In this document: positions 1 to 9,839 of the stretch, in pieces
Layout of the letters: each line of letters starts with the position of its first letter
Numbering within the stretch: position 1 is the first letter of the stretch
Assembly (NCBI GenBank): GCA_041687695.1
Contig: JAWLBL010000022.1
Span: 32,001-96,000, forward strand
DNA: 64,000 nt
Reading direction: 5' to 3'
Source: Myxococcota bacterium
GTDB lineage: Bacteria > Myxococcota_A > UBA9042 > PHBI01 > JAWLBL01
The notes under the pieces: generated by a model
Databases searched by the model: none
What the model saw: the letters and a program-made list of their open reading frames with translations, nothing else
What the model was told of the DNA's origin: nothing
Made by a program: the position numbers and the translations under genes

Positions 1-1026
1 GCCCTCGCGCAGGGCGTCGATGGGGACGGCCTGGAAGGACTCGCCGGCCTGCCGGTAGGCGCGGCGGGGCGTCAGGGCGTCGAGCAGCTCGGTGCCGGTC
101 ATGGCGCTCCGCTGGCCGCGGGTCTGCAGGAAGCGGCCCAGCAGGATGAGGAAGACCAGGGTGCAGAGCGTGTCGTAGTAGCCGACGCCGGCGTGGGTGA
201 AGGTGGCCCAGGCGCTCATCAGCGAGCCGCCGATGAGGCCGAGGCTCAGCGGGAGATCCATGTGCGCGCGGCGCAGGCGCAGGCCGGCCCAGGCGCCGCG
301 GTAGAAGGGCCAGGCGGCCCAGGTGACGGCGGGCAGGGTGAGGAGGAGGCTGGCCCACTCGAAGAAGCGGTGGAAGGCGGGGTCCATCCCGCCGAAGGCG
401 CCCGCGTACAGGGCGATGGAGATGAGCATCACGTTGCCGGCCAGGGCGCCGGCGACGCCGATGCGGAAGAGCTCGGCGCGCTCCTCCTTCTTGCGGGCGG
501 TGTCGGCCTCGGCGCCCATGGGGTGGGTCGGGTAGCCGATGCGGGCGAGGAACGCGCCGACGTGCGAGAGCTGCACGCGCGAAGGGTCCCAGACCAGGCG
601 CAGGCGGCGGGTGCCGAAGTCCAGGCGGGCCTCGACGACGCCGTCGAGCAGGCCGGGGAGCTGGTCCATCACCCATACGCAGGCGGCGCAGTGGACGTGC
701 TGGACGTACAGCTCGATCCGCTGGGTCGTGGCGCCGTGCGGGCGTGAGTAGCGGGCGAGGAACGCCGGGTCGTCGTACAGGGCGTAGGCGCGCTCGGCCT
801 CGGCGACGGCGTCGGCCTCGACGGGCTGGCCGCTGGGGGCGTCGCCCAGGCGGTCGCGCAGGGCGTAGAAGGAGCCGAGCCCGGTGTCCTGCATCAGGTG
901 GAAGACGGTGGCGCAGCCCGAGCAGCAAAAGGCCGACTCGCCGTCCGGCGGCGGGGGCGCGGGCAGGCCGCAGTGGGCGCAAGTGGGGTGGTCGGGGTGG
1001 TCGGGGTGGTCGGGGCCGGTGCTCAT
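1..1026 (-). CDS. ccoI: Heavy-metal P1B-type ATPase, cbb3 assembly CcoI/FixI type (5' part; runs off window start)
   Basis: Not in ORF track; manual translation from ATG at 1026 gives CAHCG...FCCSGCATVF metal-binding domain, HCAAC HMA motif, GNVM..SIALY, HMDLP, YYDT..LVFLILLGR. Overlaps the upstream stop (ATGA). Confidence 0.9.
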   Translation of the reverse strand, partial: MSTGPDHPDHPDHPTCAHCGLPAPPPPDGESAFCCSGCATVFHLMQDTGLGSFYALRDRLGDAPSGQPVEADAVAEAERAYALYDDPAFLARYSRPHGATTQRIELYVQHVHCAACVWVMDQLPGLLDGVVEARLDFGTRRLRLVWDPSRVQLSHVGAFLARIGYPTHPMGAEADTARKKEERAELFRIGVAGALAGNVMLISIALYAGAFGGMDPAFHRFFEWASLLLTLPAVTWAAWPFYRGAWAGLRLRRAHMDLPLSLGLIGGSLMSAWATFTHAGVGYYDTLCTLVFLILLGRFLQTRGQRSAMTGTELLDALTPRRAYRQAGESFQAVPIDALREG

Positions 1027-1763
1027 CGGTGGTGCGGGCCTTCGGGCGCCGGGGTCGGGGCGTCCTGGCAGCAGGCGGGCTTGGCGGGGGAGCCGTCCAG
1101 CGAGGGCATGGGCATGCGGCCGGTCAGGGCCAGGACCCCGACGGCCAGCATGGCGATCGCCAGAGCGCGCGGGGCGTAGGGGCCCAGGAGGCGGCTGAGG
1201 CCGCCGGCGGCGAGGCCGGTCGCGGCGAGGATGGGGACCGTGCCCAGCCAGAAGGCGCCCATGGTGGCGGCGCCCCAGACGGGGCTGGCGGAGGCGCCGG
1301 CGATGGCGACGAAGCCCCAGAGCCAGCCGCAGGGGAGCAGGGCCGACAGCAGGCCGACGGCGAAGGTGCCGGTGGCGTCCTTGCGGCGGTAGAGGGCGCC
1401 CAGCGCGCGGCGCAGGCGGGGGGCCAGGGCGCGCGAGGGGGCGGTGGGCGACAGGCGCAGGCGGCGGGTCAGGCCCAGCGCGGACAGGGCCATCAGGATG
1501 AGGACGACGCCCATGAGGACGGCGGCGGCGCGCTGCACACCCAGAAAGGCTTCGGCGGCGCCGTCGATCGCCTGTCCGGCGGCGCCGGCGAGCAGGCCCA
1601 GGGTCAAATAGCTGAGGAGGCGGCCGCCGTTGTAGGCGGCGAGGGGCAGCAGCAGGCCGGCGCCGCGACGCGGTCCGCCGCAGGCGAGGACGAAGGGCCC
1701 GCACATGCCGGCGCAGTGCACCGAGCCGAGCAGGCTCATGGTGAGGACGGCGACGAGGGTCAC
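1023..1763 (-). CDS. Sulfite exporter TauE/SafE-like (DsbD_2) membrane protein of cbb3 assembly clusters
   Basis: GSVHCAGMCGP, YNGGRLLSY, LLPCG and FWLGT motifs; multiple TM helices; located between ccoH and ccoI. Confidence 0.85.
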   Translation of the reverse strand: MTLVAVLTMSLLGSVHCAGMCGPFVLACGGPRRGAGLLLPLAAYNGGRLLSYLTLGLLAGAAGQAIDGAAEAFLGVQRAAAVLMGVVLILMALSALGLTRRLRLSPTAPSRALAPRLRRALGALYRRKDATGTFAVGLLSALLPCGWLWGFVAIAGASASPVWGAATMGAFWLGTVPILAATGLAAGGLSRLLGPYAPRALAIAMLAVGVLALTGRMPMPSLDGSPAKPACCQDAPTPAPEGPHHR

Positions 1764-1984
1764 GGGGACTCCGGGGTGGGCGCCGCGGCGGGGGCGGCGG
1801 CGTCCGGGGCGGGCTCGGCGGGCGCGGCGCTGGGGATGGGCGGGCGCTCGACCATCACCGGCGGGTTGCGCTGGGCGATGATCAGCATGGTCACGTTGGC
1901 GACGACCACCGTGAGCAGGAGCGCCACGATGCCGAGCGGCCAGGGGTTGAAGCGGGGTTTGTCGGCGTTGTGCTGATGGGTCAT
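1760..1984 (-). CDS. ccoH: Small FixH/CcoH-like membrane protein
   Basis: C-terminal 74 aa of ORF 1760..3046 from ATG 1984 (MTHQHN..NPWPLGIVALL...AQRNPP); single N-terminal TM typical of FixH; translationally coupled to ccoG. Confidence 0.6.
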   Translation of the reverse strand: MTHQHNADKPRFNPWPLGIVALLLTVVVANVTMLIIAQRNPPVMVERPPIPSAAPAEPAPDAAAPAAAPTPESP

Positions 1985-3360
1985 GGGGCCCCCGTGGGCG
2001 GCGAGACGAACTGGAAGTCGAGGACCTGGGCCCAGCCGGCGTCGTCGGCGACGCGGACCTTGAACGGGGACTGGCCGTCGGGGTCGCGCGGATCGGGCTG
2101 CAGGATGAAGACCGGGGCGCGCTCGACGGCGCCGCCCGCGACCGGGTAGGGCGAGATGGGCATGACGAGCTGGGCGCTGGCGGGTTCGAGCAGCTCGACG
2201 GTGAAGGCGCGGGTGTCGTCGCTCTTGTTGGCGACGCGCAGCATCAGCGCGTTCTGGACGCGGCCGTCCTGGAGGGTGGTGTAGGGCTCGCCACCGGCGC
2301 GGGTCAGGCGCACCTCGACGTCCTGGCGGGCGCTGATGGTCAGGGCGGCGGCCACGACCACGACGCCGAGGGCGAAGGCGTAGGCGAGGACGCGCGGGCG
2401 CAGGATGCGGGTCTTCTGGCCCTCGAGGGCGTTGAGCGACGTGTAGCCGATGAGGCCACGCGGGCGGCCGAGCTTGTCCATGACGCTGTCGCAGGCGTCG
2501 ATGCAGGCGGCGCAGTTGACGCACTCCATCTGCGCGCCCTTGCGGATGTCGATGCCGGTCGGGCAGACCTGCACGCACAGGGTGCAGTCGACGCAGTCGC
2601 CGACGCCCTCGGCGCTCTTCTTGCCGCGCGGCTCGCCCCGGCGCGCGTCGTAGCCGATGGTCAGGCTGTTGGGGTCCATCAGGACCGACTGGAAGCGGCC
2701 GTAGGGGCAGACGACGACGCAGGTCTGCTCTCGGAACCAGGCGAAGTCGAAGAAGAGCAGCCCGGTGATGAGCAGGAAGGTCAGGGTCCCTGCCGGGTGG
2801 CTGGTGGGCGAGAACTGCGCCTCGAGGACCCCGTCGCGACCCAGGAAGTAGGCCGTGAAGGTGGTCGCGATGGCGCCCGCGACGACCAGGAAGGCGCCCC
2901 ACACGGCGCCCTGGCGCGCCACCTTGCCGGCGGTCCAGGGCGCGGCGTCGAAGCGGCGGCGGGCCTGGGGCTTGCCCAGGACGAGCCGCTCGATGGGGCG
3001 GATGACCGACTCGAGGAAGACGGTCTGGGGGCAGGCCCAGCCGCACCAGACGCGGCCGGCGACGGCCGTGAAGAGGAAGACCGAGAAGATGAGCAGGCCG
3101 AAGGCGAACAGGCCGTAGAAGCCGTCGGTCGCGAAGAGCTGCAGGCCGAAGAAGTAGGCGCGGCGGGCCGGGATGTCGAAGCGGATGGCCGGGTGGCCGG
3201 CGATGTCGACCCAGGGCGCGGCCAGCAGGATGACGACCAGGGCCCAGTGCACGGCCGTGCGGGCCTTCATGAAGCGGCCGAGGATCCAGCTGGGGTAGAG
3301 TTTGACCTTGCGGCCGCCCTCTCCGATGGTGCTGACCGTGTCGTTTTCCGCGAGGGGCAT
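1981..3360 (-). CDS. ccoG: Cytochrome c oxidase accessory ferredoxin CcoG/FixG
   Basis: GRVWCGWACPQTVF, REQTC..VCPYGRFQ, CVDCTLCVQVCPTGIDIR, CVNCAACIDAC. Confidence 0.95.
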   Translation of the reverse strand: MPLAENDTVSTIGEGGRKVKLYPSWILGRFMKARTAVHWALVVILLAAPWVDIAGHPAIRFDIPARRAYFFGLQLFATDGFYGLFAFGLLIFSVFLFTAVAGRVWCGWACPQTVFLESVIRPIERLVLGKPQARRRFDAAPWTAGKVARQGAVWGAFLVVAGAIATTFTAYFLGRDGVLEAQFSPTSHPAGTLTFLLITGLLFFDFAWFREQTCVVVCPYGRFQSVLMDPNSLTIGYDARRGEPRGKKSAEGVGDCVDCTLCVQVCPTGIDIRKGAQMECVNCAACIDACDSVMDKLGRPRGLIGYTSLNALEGQKTRILRPRVLAYAFALGVVVVAAALTISARQDVEVRLTRAGGEPYTTLQDGRVQNALMLRVANKSDDTRAFTVELLEPASAQLVMPISPYPVAGGAVERAPVFILQPDPRDPDGQSPFKVRVADDAGWAQVLDFQFVSPPTGAP

Positions 3361-3540
3361 CCGTGAGCTCCCGGGGCGCCGCCTCCGGTGGGGCGCCTCC
3401 GTGGGAGCGTCAGGGCAAGAGTCGGGCCAACTCGCGCAGGGGGGCCGGGGCCGCGGCCGCGCTGGGGATCGGGCGCCCCGCCGCGCGGCGCGCGGAGGCG
3501 CTGGCGCGGGTGGGTGTGTGATAACCCACGCCGCGCTGTG

Positions 3541-4416
3541 TCAGAGGGCGCGGCTCCACACGTTCATGTCCTCGAGGCCGTCGCCGATGCGACACGAGCG
3601 GGTCATGACGCCGCGGTGGACGAAGCCGAGGCGCTTGAAGGCCAGGTTGACGCCGGGGACGCGGGCGCGCGCGAGGGTGAAGGCGGTCGGGTAGCCGAGG
3701 GCGCGCAGATCGTCCATGAGGTCCGCGAGGACGGCCTGCATGAGGCCGCGGCCGCGGTGGCTGGGGCGGGTGGCGCAGTCGGTCAGCTCGGCGGTGCGGG
3801 CCTCGGGGACGAGGTCGGCCGAGGCGCAGGCGACGACCTCGCCCGCGTCGACGACGCAGCGGAAGGGCGTGCCCTCGGCGATGGCCTGGGCGAGGTAGGC
3901 GGGGTCGTCGCTGGGGGTCGGGTACTCGGCGAAGGTGTCGCCGATGAGGCGGGCGAGGCGCGGGGCGTCGGCGCGTGCGGCGCGGCGGGTGCGGGGGAGG
4001 TTGGGGCGCACGCCGGTCGCCTTGCGCGCCACGATGGCCGAGGAGCGGGCGACCTCCTTGGGGTTGGCGAGGTGGGCGCGGGCGGGGTCGAGGGCGGCGC
4101 CCATGACGACGCAGTCGTGCTGGCCGGCGTAGAAGCCGGGCATGCGGGCCTCGGTGGTGAGGCCGGCGGCCTCGAGGCCGGCCTGGAGGCGGGCGCGGGC
4201 GAGGACGACGACGCGGCCGCGGCCGCGGGCGCGGGCGGTGGCGAGCAGGGCCTGGCCGAGGGCGTGGCCGTCGGTGGTGGCGGGGTGGTCGCAGCGGACG
4301 CGGTCGGAGTAGGCGTCGTCGAGGGCGACGATCGAGGCGGCGTCGGGGAGGGCGAGGGCAACGCGGCGCGGCTTGGCGGGTGCGAGGGGGAGCGCGGGGG
4401 ACGGATCGAGGACCAT
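3541..4416 (-). CDS. Putative beta-lysine N-acetyltransferase (AblB/YodP-like GNAT)
   Basis: TFAEYPTPSDDPAYL, AELTDCAT...RGRGLM, TAFTLARA...N..F..LGF..RG......CRIGDGLEDMNVW; ATG at 4416 with GGAG upstream. Confidence 0.8.
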   Translation of the reverse strand: MVLDPSPALPLAPAKPRRVALALPDAASIVALDDAYSDRVRCDHPATTDGHALGQALLATARARGRGRVVVLARARLQAGLEAAGLTTEARMPGFYAGQHDCVVMGAALDPARAHLANPKEVARSSAIVARKATGVRPNLPRTRRAARADAPRLARLIGDTFAEYPTPSDDPAYLAQAIAEGTPFRCVVDAGEVVACASADLVPEARTAELTDCATRPSHRGRGLMQAVLADLMDDLRALGYPTAFTLARARVPGVNLAFKRLGFVHRGVMTRSCRIGDGLEDMNVWSRAL

Positions 4417-4572
4417 GGGGGCTCCGGGCGGCAAAGCGGGCGAGCCCGGCGGCGCCGTGCGGCGCGGTCGGGCGGTCGGAGGCGGTGCGTGGGACCCGAT
4501 GGGTCTCGCCCGTGGGCGGCGCTGTCGGCCGCGGCGAGGTCGGGGGGCCCACGCGGATGTGAGGCTGCTCGT

Positions 4573-4634
4573 GCCCTAAAGGGTCGGGGAGGGGGTGTCA
4601 AGGACGCAGGTCGGTGAGGGCGGGGTGTCAAGGA
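4573..4634 (-). promoter_or_regulatory. Possible sigma-70 promoter with duplicated TTGACA upstream of the acetyltransferase
   Basis: GGGGTGTCAAGGA occurs twice (4592-4604, 4622-4634), i.e. TTGACA on the minus strand; the proximal copy is 17 bp from a weak TAGGGC. Confidence 0.35.
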
Positions 4635-4770
4635 GGTGGTCAGGGGGATGGCGAGCGGGTCGACGATAGGGACAGGCGGGGGGGCGGGGAGCGCCAGGCG
4701 CGGCGCGGAGGCGGGCGCGGGAACGCGGCTTGCAGGGCGGAGGGACAGGCGCGAACGGTGGAGGTGGGTG

Positions 4771-5310
4771 ATGCGTGTCGGGTGGCTGGTCGGGTGCTTG
4801 GCGGTGCTTGCGAGCGGGTGCGACGGCGACGACGGGGAGGGGCCGCCGGTCGACGAGGTCGAGGTCGTGTCCGCAGGGAGCTGCGAGGTGGAGGCGGGCG
4901 AGGCCGTGGCGTTCGAGACCGTGCTGAGCGCGCGCTACGGGTGCGCGCCGCCGGCGGCGCCGACCTCAGAGGTGATCACGACCGAGGCGCGCTGGGTGGA
5001 GTGGCGCGACGAGGCCGACGGGTGCCTGGACGAGGGCGTCGAGCTCGGCGAGGTCGACTTCGCGACGTCGACGGTGCTGGTCGCGGGCGCTGGGGCGTTC
5101 GCGACCAGCGGGTTCACGGTGCACGACGTGAGCGTGGCCGCGGGGCCGGGGGGCGCGCACCTCGAGGCGGTGTTCACGGACCCCTACGGGGCCTGCGAGA
5201 CGCAGCCGGGGATGGCCGAGGCGTGGGTGGTGGCGGTCGCCGTGGCGACGGCCGACGCCGGGGCGCCGACCGTGTGCCGGAGGACGCGGCGTGTGTGCGG
5301 CTCGGAGTGA
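4771..5310 (+). CDS. Hypothetical lipoprotein
   Basis: ATG 4771 after GGAGG; lipobox LASGC. Confidence 0.65.
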   Translation: MRVGWLVGCLAVLASGCDGDDGEGPPVDEVEVVSAGSCEVEAGEAVAFETVLSARYGCAPPAAPTSEVITTEARWVEWRDEADGCLDEGVELGEVDFATSTVLVAGAGAFATSGFTVHDVSVAAGPGGAHLEAVFTDPYGACETQPGMAEAWVVAVAVATADAGAPTVCRRTRRVCGSE

Positions 5311-6894
5311 TCAGCCGGCCGGGGTGAAGGTCAGCGGGGCGTCGGGGCCGAGGGGCAGGCCGAGCAGGACCCAGGCCACCAGCATGACGGTCCAGGCGAG
5401 CATGAAGGCGACCGAGTAGGGGACCATGGCGGCGATGAGGGTGCCGAGGCCGGCCTTGCGGTCGTACTTCTGGGCGAAGGCGATGATGATGGGGAAGTAG
5501 GGCAGCAGCGGCGTGATGATGTTGGTGATGGAGTCGCCGATGCGGTAGGCGACCTGGACCGACTCGGGGGAGTAGCCCATCAGCATCAGCATCGGGACGA
5601 AGACGGGCGCCATGATGGCCCACTTGGCCGAGGCGCTGCCGATGAACAGGTTGAGGATGGACGAGACGAGGATGAAGCCGATGAGCAGGGCGATGCCGGT
5701 GAGGCCGGTCGCCTGCAGGGCCTCGGCGCCGTTGACGGCGAAGATGAGGCCCAGGTTGGACCAGCCGAACCAGGCGACGAACTGGGCGGCGACGAAGGCG
5801 AGGACGATGTAGGCGCCCATGGTGGCCATGGTGTCGCCGGTCATCGTCTCGACGGCCTTGTCGCTGCGGATGGTGCCCGCGACCATGCCGTAGGCGAGGC
5901 CGGGCAGCAGGAAGACGATCATGATGAGGGGGACGAGGCTCTTGTAGAAGGGCTCGGGGCCGCCGTCGTCGCCGCGGAGGACGCCGTCCGTGGGGACGGC
6001 CAGCAGGGCGACCAGGCCGAGGGACAGGAGGAAGGTCGCGGCGGCGGCCCACAGGCCCTTGCGCTCGGCGGGGGTCAGAGGGGCCGTGGCGTCGGAGGTG
6101 GCGGCGTCGGTCGTGTCCGTGTCGGGGGCGTCGGGGTCGGGGCGCCAGGGGCCGAGGCGGGGCTCGACGATGCGGGTGGTGACGAAGGCGCCGACGAAGG
6201 TGACGAGGAAGACCGAGGCGACCATGAAGTAGTAGTTGGCGGTCGGGGCGACCAGGTAGTCGGGGGCGACGACCTGGGCGGCCGACTGGGTGAAGCCGGC
6301 GAGCAGCGGGTCGAGGGAGGTGAGGAGGAGGTTGGCGCTGAAGCCGCCGGAGACGCCCGCGAAGGCGGCGGCGAGGCCGGCCAGCGGGTGGCGGCCGACG
6401 CCCGCGAAGATGACGGCGCCGAGCGGGGTGAGGACGACGTAGCCGGCGTCGGCGGCCATGCTGCTCATGACGCCGGCGAAGACGAGGGTGGCCGTGAGGG
6501 CGACCTTGGGGACGGCGCCGACCAGCTGCTTCAGGGCGGCGGCGACCAGGCCGCTGCGCTCGGCGACGCCGATGCCGATCATGGCGACGAGGACGGTGCC
6601 GAGGGGCGGGAAGGCGGTGAAGTTGCCGACGGCCTCGGTGAACATGCGGCGCAGGCCGGCGGCGTCGAGGAGGTTGACCGCCTCGATGGTCTTGCCGGTG
6701 CCCGGGTGGACGACCGACAGCTCGAGGAGCGAGGCGACCCAGGAGGCGATGGCGACGACGCCGCAGAAGATGGCGAAGAGGGTCAGCGGGGCCGGCAGGC
6801 GGTTGCCGACGCGCTCGACGCGATCGAGCAGGCGCATCAGCCGTGAGGACGGCTGCGGCGTCGCGGGTGAGGGCGCGGACGGGGAGGCGGACAT
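5311..6894 (-). CDS. abgT: AbgT family transporter
   Basis: LDRVERVGNRLP, FPPLG.VLVAMIGIGVAE.SG, GVSGGFSANL, SASAKWAIMAPVFVPM, AYRIGDSITN. Confidence 0.92.
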   Translation of the reverse strand: MSASPSAPSPATPQPSSRLMRLLDRVERVGNRLPAPLTLFAIFCGVVAIASWVASLLELSVVHPGTGKTIEAVNLLDAAGLRRMFTEAVGNFTAFPPLGTVLVAMIGIGVAERSGLVAAALKQLVGAVPKVALTATLVFAGVMSSMAADAGYVVLTPLGAVIFAGVGRHPLAGLAAAFAGVSGGFSANLLLTSLDPLLAGFTQSAAQVVAPDYLVAPTANYYFMVASVFLVTFVGAFVTTRIVEPRLGPWRPDPDAPDTDTTDAATSDATAPLTPAERKGLWAAAATFLLSLGLVALLAVPTDGVLRGDDGGPEPFYKSLVPLIMIVFLLPGLAYGMVAGTIRSDKAVETMTGDTMATMGAYIVLAFVAAQFVAWFGWSNLGLIFAVNGAEALQATGLTGIALLIGFILVSSILNLFIGSASAKWAIMAPVFVPMLMLMGYSPESVQVAYRIGDSITNIITPLLPYFPIIIAFAQKYDRKAGLGTLIAAMVPYSVAFMLAWTVMLVAWVLLGLPLGPDAPLTFTPAG

Positions 6895-6970
6895 GGGGGC
6901 TCCTGGGCGAAAACGCTCGGGAGCTTAGCCCCATGGGGCGGGGCGGCCAAGTGGACGCGGGGAGGCGGCC

Positions 6971-9031
6971 TCAGACCCAGTTGTCGGGGACGGCGGCGGG
7001 GTCGAGGTCGCGCAGGATGCCGACGAGCAGCGTGTAGGCCGGGTCGTCGGCCGCGCCCGGGTAAGCGGCGATCTGGGCCAGGGCGGCGTCGCGGGTCAGG
7101 GCGTCGAACCGGGGCATCGTCGCGTCGACGCGCTTGTACGCGGCCTCGAGGGCGGGGCCGTGGGTCGCCATGAAGTGCTTGGTCAGCGTCGGCCAGTAGC
7201 GCAGGTACAGCGTGCGCTTCATGGCCAGCTCGTACTTGGCCAGCTCGCCGCCCAGGCGATGGCCGAAGTTGCCGGTCAGGGCCTGCAGCTGCGTGTAGAG
7301 CGTGTCCAGCTCGGGCTTGACGATCTTGCCCTGGTCGTAGGCGGCGTAGAAGTGGGCGAGGCCCGAGTCGACCGTGGCCTTGAGCGTGGCGAAGTCCTGC
7401 TGGGCCTCGGGCGAGGCGGTCTCGTAGGACTCGGCGCCGTCGGGCGCCTTGGTCCACACGGCGATGTTCTGGTCGCGCTTGCCGGACTGACCGGCGATCT
7501 GCTCGCGCTTGCCCTGGAGCTTTTCGGGGTCGAGGTCGCCGCGGGTCACGTCGACCCAGCCGCCGATGTGCTCGAGCGCGCCCGTCGCCGCCGAAGGCGA
7601 GTAGCCGACGTAGGCCCAGATGCTCTTCACGTTGGGGAAGATGGCCTTGTACTGGTCGAGCTTGCGGCTCTGGCCGGTGTTGCAGGCCGACAGCATGAGG
7701 TCCTCGACCTGGCCGACCGCCATCGGGAAGATCTTGCCGAGGTCCTGCAGGTGATCGAACGACAGCGAGCCGTTGTCGTCGCCCCAGATGGACCAGCCGC
7801 CGCTGTGACCCGACAGGACGACGCGCTTGATGAGGCGTTGGCCGGTCTCGGCCTCGTTGAGCACCTGCGCGAGCTGCGCCACCTCGTCCATCGCCGAGGC
7901 GCCGGCCCGCTTGATGAAGGCCTCGAGCAGCGCCGAGCGCTCGGGCGACAGGTTCGGGATGGAAGCCAGCCAGGCGGTCAGGCCCTCGTCGGTCTGGAGG
8001 TCGACCGTCTGGCCGCCCACCTTGGCCGTGTCCTGCTTGGTCGCGCCGACGACCGAGGTCACCTTGGCCGAGCCGGCCTTGGACTCGAGCGTCTTCTTCT
8101 CGAGGTGCTTGGACGACGGGTTCAACCCCACGTACAGGATGTCGTCGCTCTTGACGTTGGCTTCGAGGCCCGCGCCGCCGGGCGATTGGCTGAGCCACTG
8201 CAACGTGATGTTGCCGACCTTGCCGTCGGCGTCGAGGCCCTTGGCGGCCTGCCAGGCGGCGATCTTCTCGACCAGCTCCGCGCCCAGCGACGCGCCGCTG
8301 GCGCCGACCACCGCGGCGATCTGGGCCCAGATCTCGGCCGAGTGGCGGCGGGACTCGTTGTAGCGCACCGCCGAAGCCACCTGCGCCGAGGTCAGCGTCC
8401 CGGGCGCCGCCGTGGCCCCGTCGTTGCGCATCTGGACCGCGCCGCCGGCGCCCCCCACGTCCGACGCCCCGACCTGCGCGTCGAGCAGATCCTGCGCCGA
8501 CTGCCCCGACACGACCCGCTGGGCCACCGCGTCGGCGTGCTGCTCGTAGCGGTCGCCCTCGGCGCCGACGCCGCCCGGGACGCTGACGCCCGCGCGCTGC
8601 TGCACGACGTGCGCCGCCTCGTGGGCCGCCGTGAACAGATCCGGCGCGCCCGCAAAGGCGATGGTGTCGCCGGTGGCGTAGGCCTGCGCGCCCATCGCGT
8701 CCGCCGCCTGGGCCGCCTGCGCGCCCGTGTGCGCCTGTACGCCGCTGACGTCGTGCGCGCCGAAGGCCTGCTGGATGCGGTCGAGGTGCGGGAGCGCGCC
8801 ACCCGAGCCCGCGACGCCCTGTCGCGCCAGCGCGGCCGTCGCCTCGGGCCCGGCCTTGGCGCCGGCCGCCGCCCGCATCATGACGGGCTGGTGAGCCGGA
8901 GACAGCGCGCGCACCTGCTCGGCGTAGGGCTTCCCGGCCAGATCACGCCGCGCGGCTCGATCGGGACGGGCCGCGCCGGGGGCGGCGTCCTCGAGGCGCT
9001 GCGGGTCACGCACGTCGGTCACTTTCGGCAT
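6971..9031 (-). CDS. DUF4157 (eCIS core domain) protein with PG-binding-like segment and C-terminal caspase/CHAT-like protease domain
   Basis: [48 protein letters not shown] (DUF4157); [14 protein letters not shown] (PG-binding-like); VVLSGHS...LMLSACNT (His/Cys dyad spacing of clan CD proteases). Confidence 0.8.
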   Translation of the reverse strand: MPKVTDVRDPQRLEDAAPGAARPDRAARRDLAGKPYAEQVRALSPAHQPVMMRAAAGAKAGPEATAALARQGVAGSGGALPHLDRIQQAFGAHDVSGVQAHTGAQAAQAADAMGAQAYATGDTIAFAGAPDLFTAAHEAAHVVQQRAGVSVPGGVGAEGDRYEQHADAVAQRVVSGQSAQDLLDAQVGASDVGGAGGAVQMRNDGATAAPGTLTSAQVASAVRYNESRRHSAEIWAQIAAVVGASGASLGAELVEKIAAWQAAKGLDADGKVGNITLQWLSQSPGGAGLEANVKSDDILYVGLNPSSKHLEKKTLESKAGSAKVTSVVGATKQDTAKVGGQTVDLQTDEGLTAWLASIPNLSPERSALLEAFIKRAGASAMDEVAQLAQVLNEAETGQRLIKRVVLSGHSGGWSIWGDDNGSLSFDHLQDLGKIFPMAVGQVEDLMLSACNTGQSRKLDQYKAIFPNVKSIWAYVGYSPSAATGALEHIGGWVDVTRGDLDPEKLQGKREQIAGQSGKRDQNIAVWTKAPDGAESYETASPEAQQDFATLKATVDSGLAHFYAAYDQGKIVKPELDTLYTQLQALTGNFGHRLGGELAKYELAMKRTLYLRYWPTLTKHFMATHGPALEAAYKRVDATMPRFDALTRDAALAQIAAYPGAADDPAYTLLVGILRDLDPAAVPDNWV

Positions 9032-9150
9032 TCGCGCACTCTAACGCGCGCGCATGTGCGTCCGCAACGGGTTCGTCGCATGAGCGTCCGCATCCGGGTT
9101 CGTGAAGTGCCTGGTGGCGGCGCGGGTCCGGGCCGGCTAGGATGCGGCCG

Positions 9151-9789
9151 ATGCGACTGTCGATCCTCGCCTTGGCGCTCGTGCTGCTGACCACCGCCCC
9201 CGTCCGCGCCGAGCCGCCGCCCGCCGCCCCCGATCCCGCGCCCAAGCCGCCGCCCGTGACGGTGCAGCTGGAAGTGACGCAGCCGCTGAGCCTGGTCGAG
9301 TGGGTCGCGCCCGGCCAGAAGACCGGGTCCGTCTCGCTCGACGGCGAGGTGCGCGTGCGCATCGCCAATCCCGGCACGACGCCGGTGCCGATCCAGTGGC
9401 TCGAGGTGCACGGGCTGGTCTTCGTCGACGCCGCGTCCGGCCGCGAGCACGTCGTCGTGCACCCGTGCCAGTGCGTCAAGGACGCGACCGGTCCCCTCGA
9501 GGCCACGCGCGTCGTGCCGCCCGGCGGCGAGCAGGTCCTGACGCTGGACGAGTGGGGCTGCAGCTCGACCTGGACGCCCCCGCCACCGGGTCGGTATGCC
9601 GTGCGTTATCGTGTGTCATCTCCGCAGGGGGCCGCGCGCCGCCCGGAGGATCGCTCGCGCCCGCCCAACGAGCTGGTGCAGGCCTGTCGTGCGCGCCTGG
9701 CCGCGCCCGAGACGTGGGCGGCCGCGGCGATCTCGGCGCCGGTCGAGGTGACGCTGCGCAAGCCCAAGCGCCAGCGAATCTCCGAGTAG
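9151..9789 (+). CDS. Secreted hypothetical protein
   Basis: Signal peptide MRLSILALALVLLTTAPVRA; GC3-biased frame. Confidence 0.7.
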   Translation: MRLSILALALVLLTTAPVRAEPPPAAPDPAPKPPPVTVQLEVTQPLSLVEWVAPGQKTGSVSLDGEVRVRIANPGTTPVPIQWLEVHGLVFVDAASGREHVVVHPCQCVKDATGPLEATRVVPPGGEQVLTLDEWGCSSTWTPPPPGRYAVRYRVSSPQGAARRPEDRSRPPNELVQACRARLAAPETWAAAAISAPVEVTLRKPKRQRISE

Positions 9790-9839
9790 CGCCCGACTCG
9801 GCTCGACGTGATCGGGCGGACGAGGCAACATCCGGCGCC

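Noticed and set aside
4417..4570. c-di-AMP or lysine riboswitch in the acetyltransferase leader
   Set aside because: Conserved core motifs not recognisable by eye; an Rfam scan would be needed.
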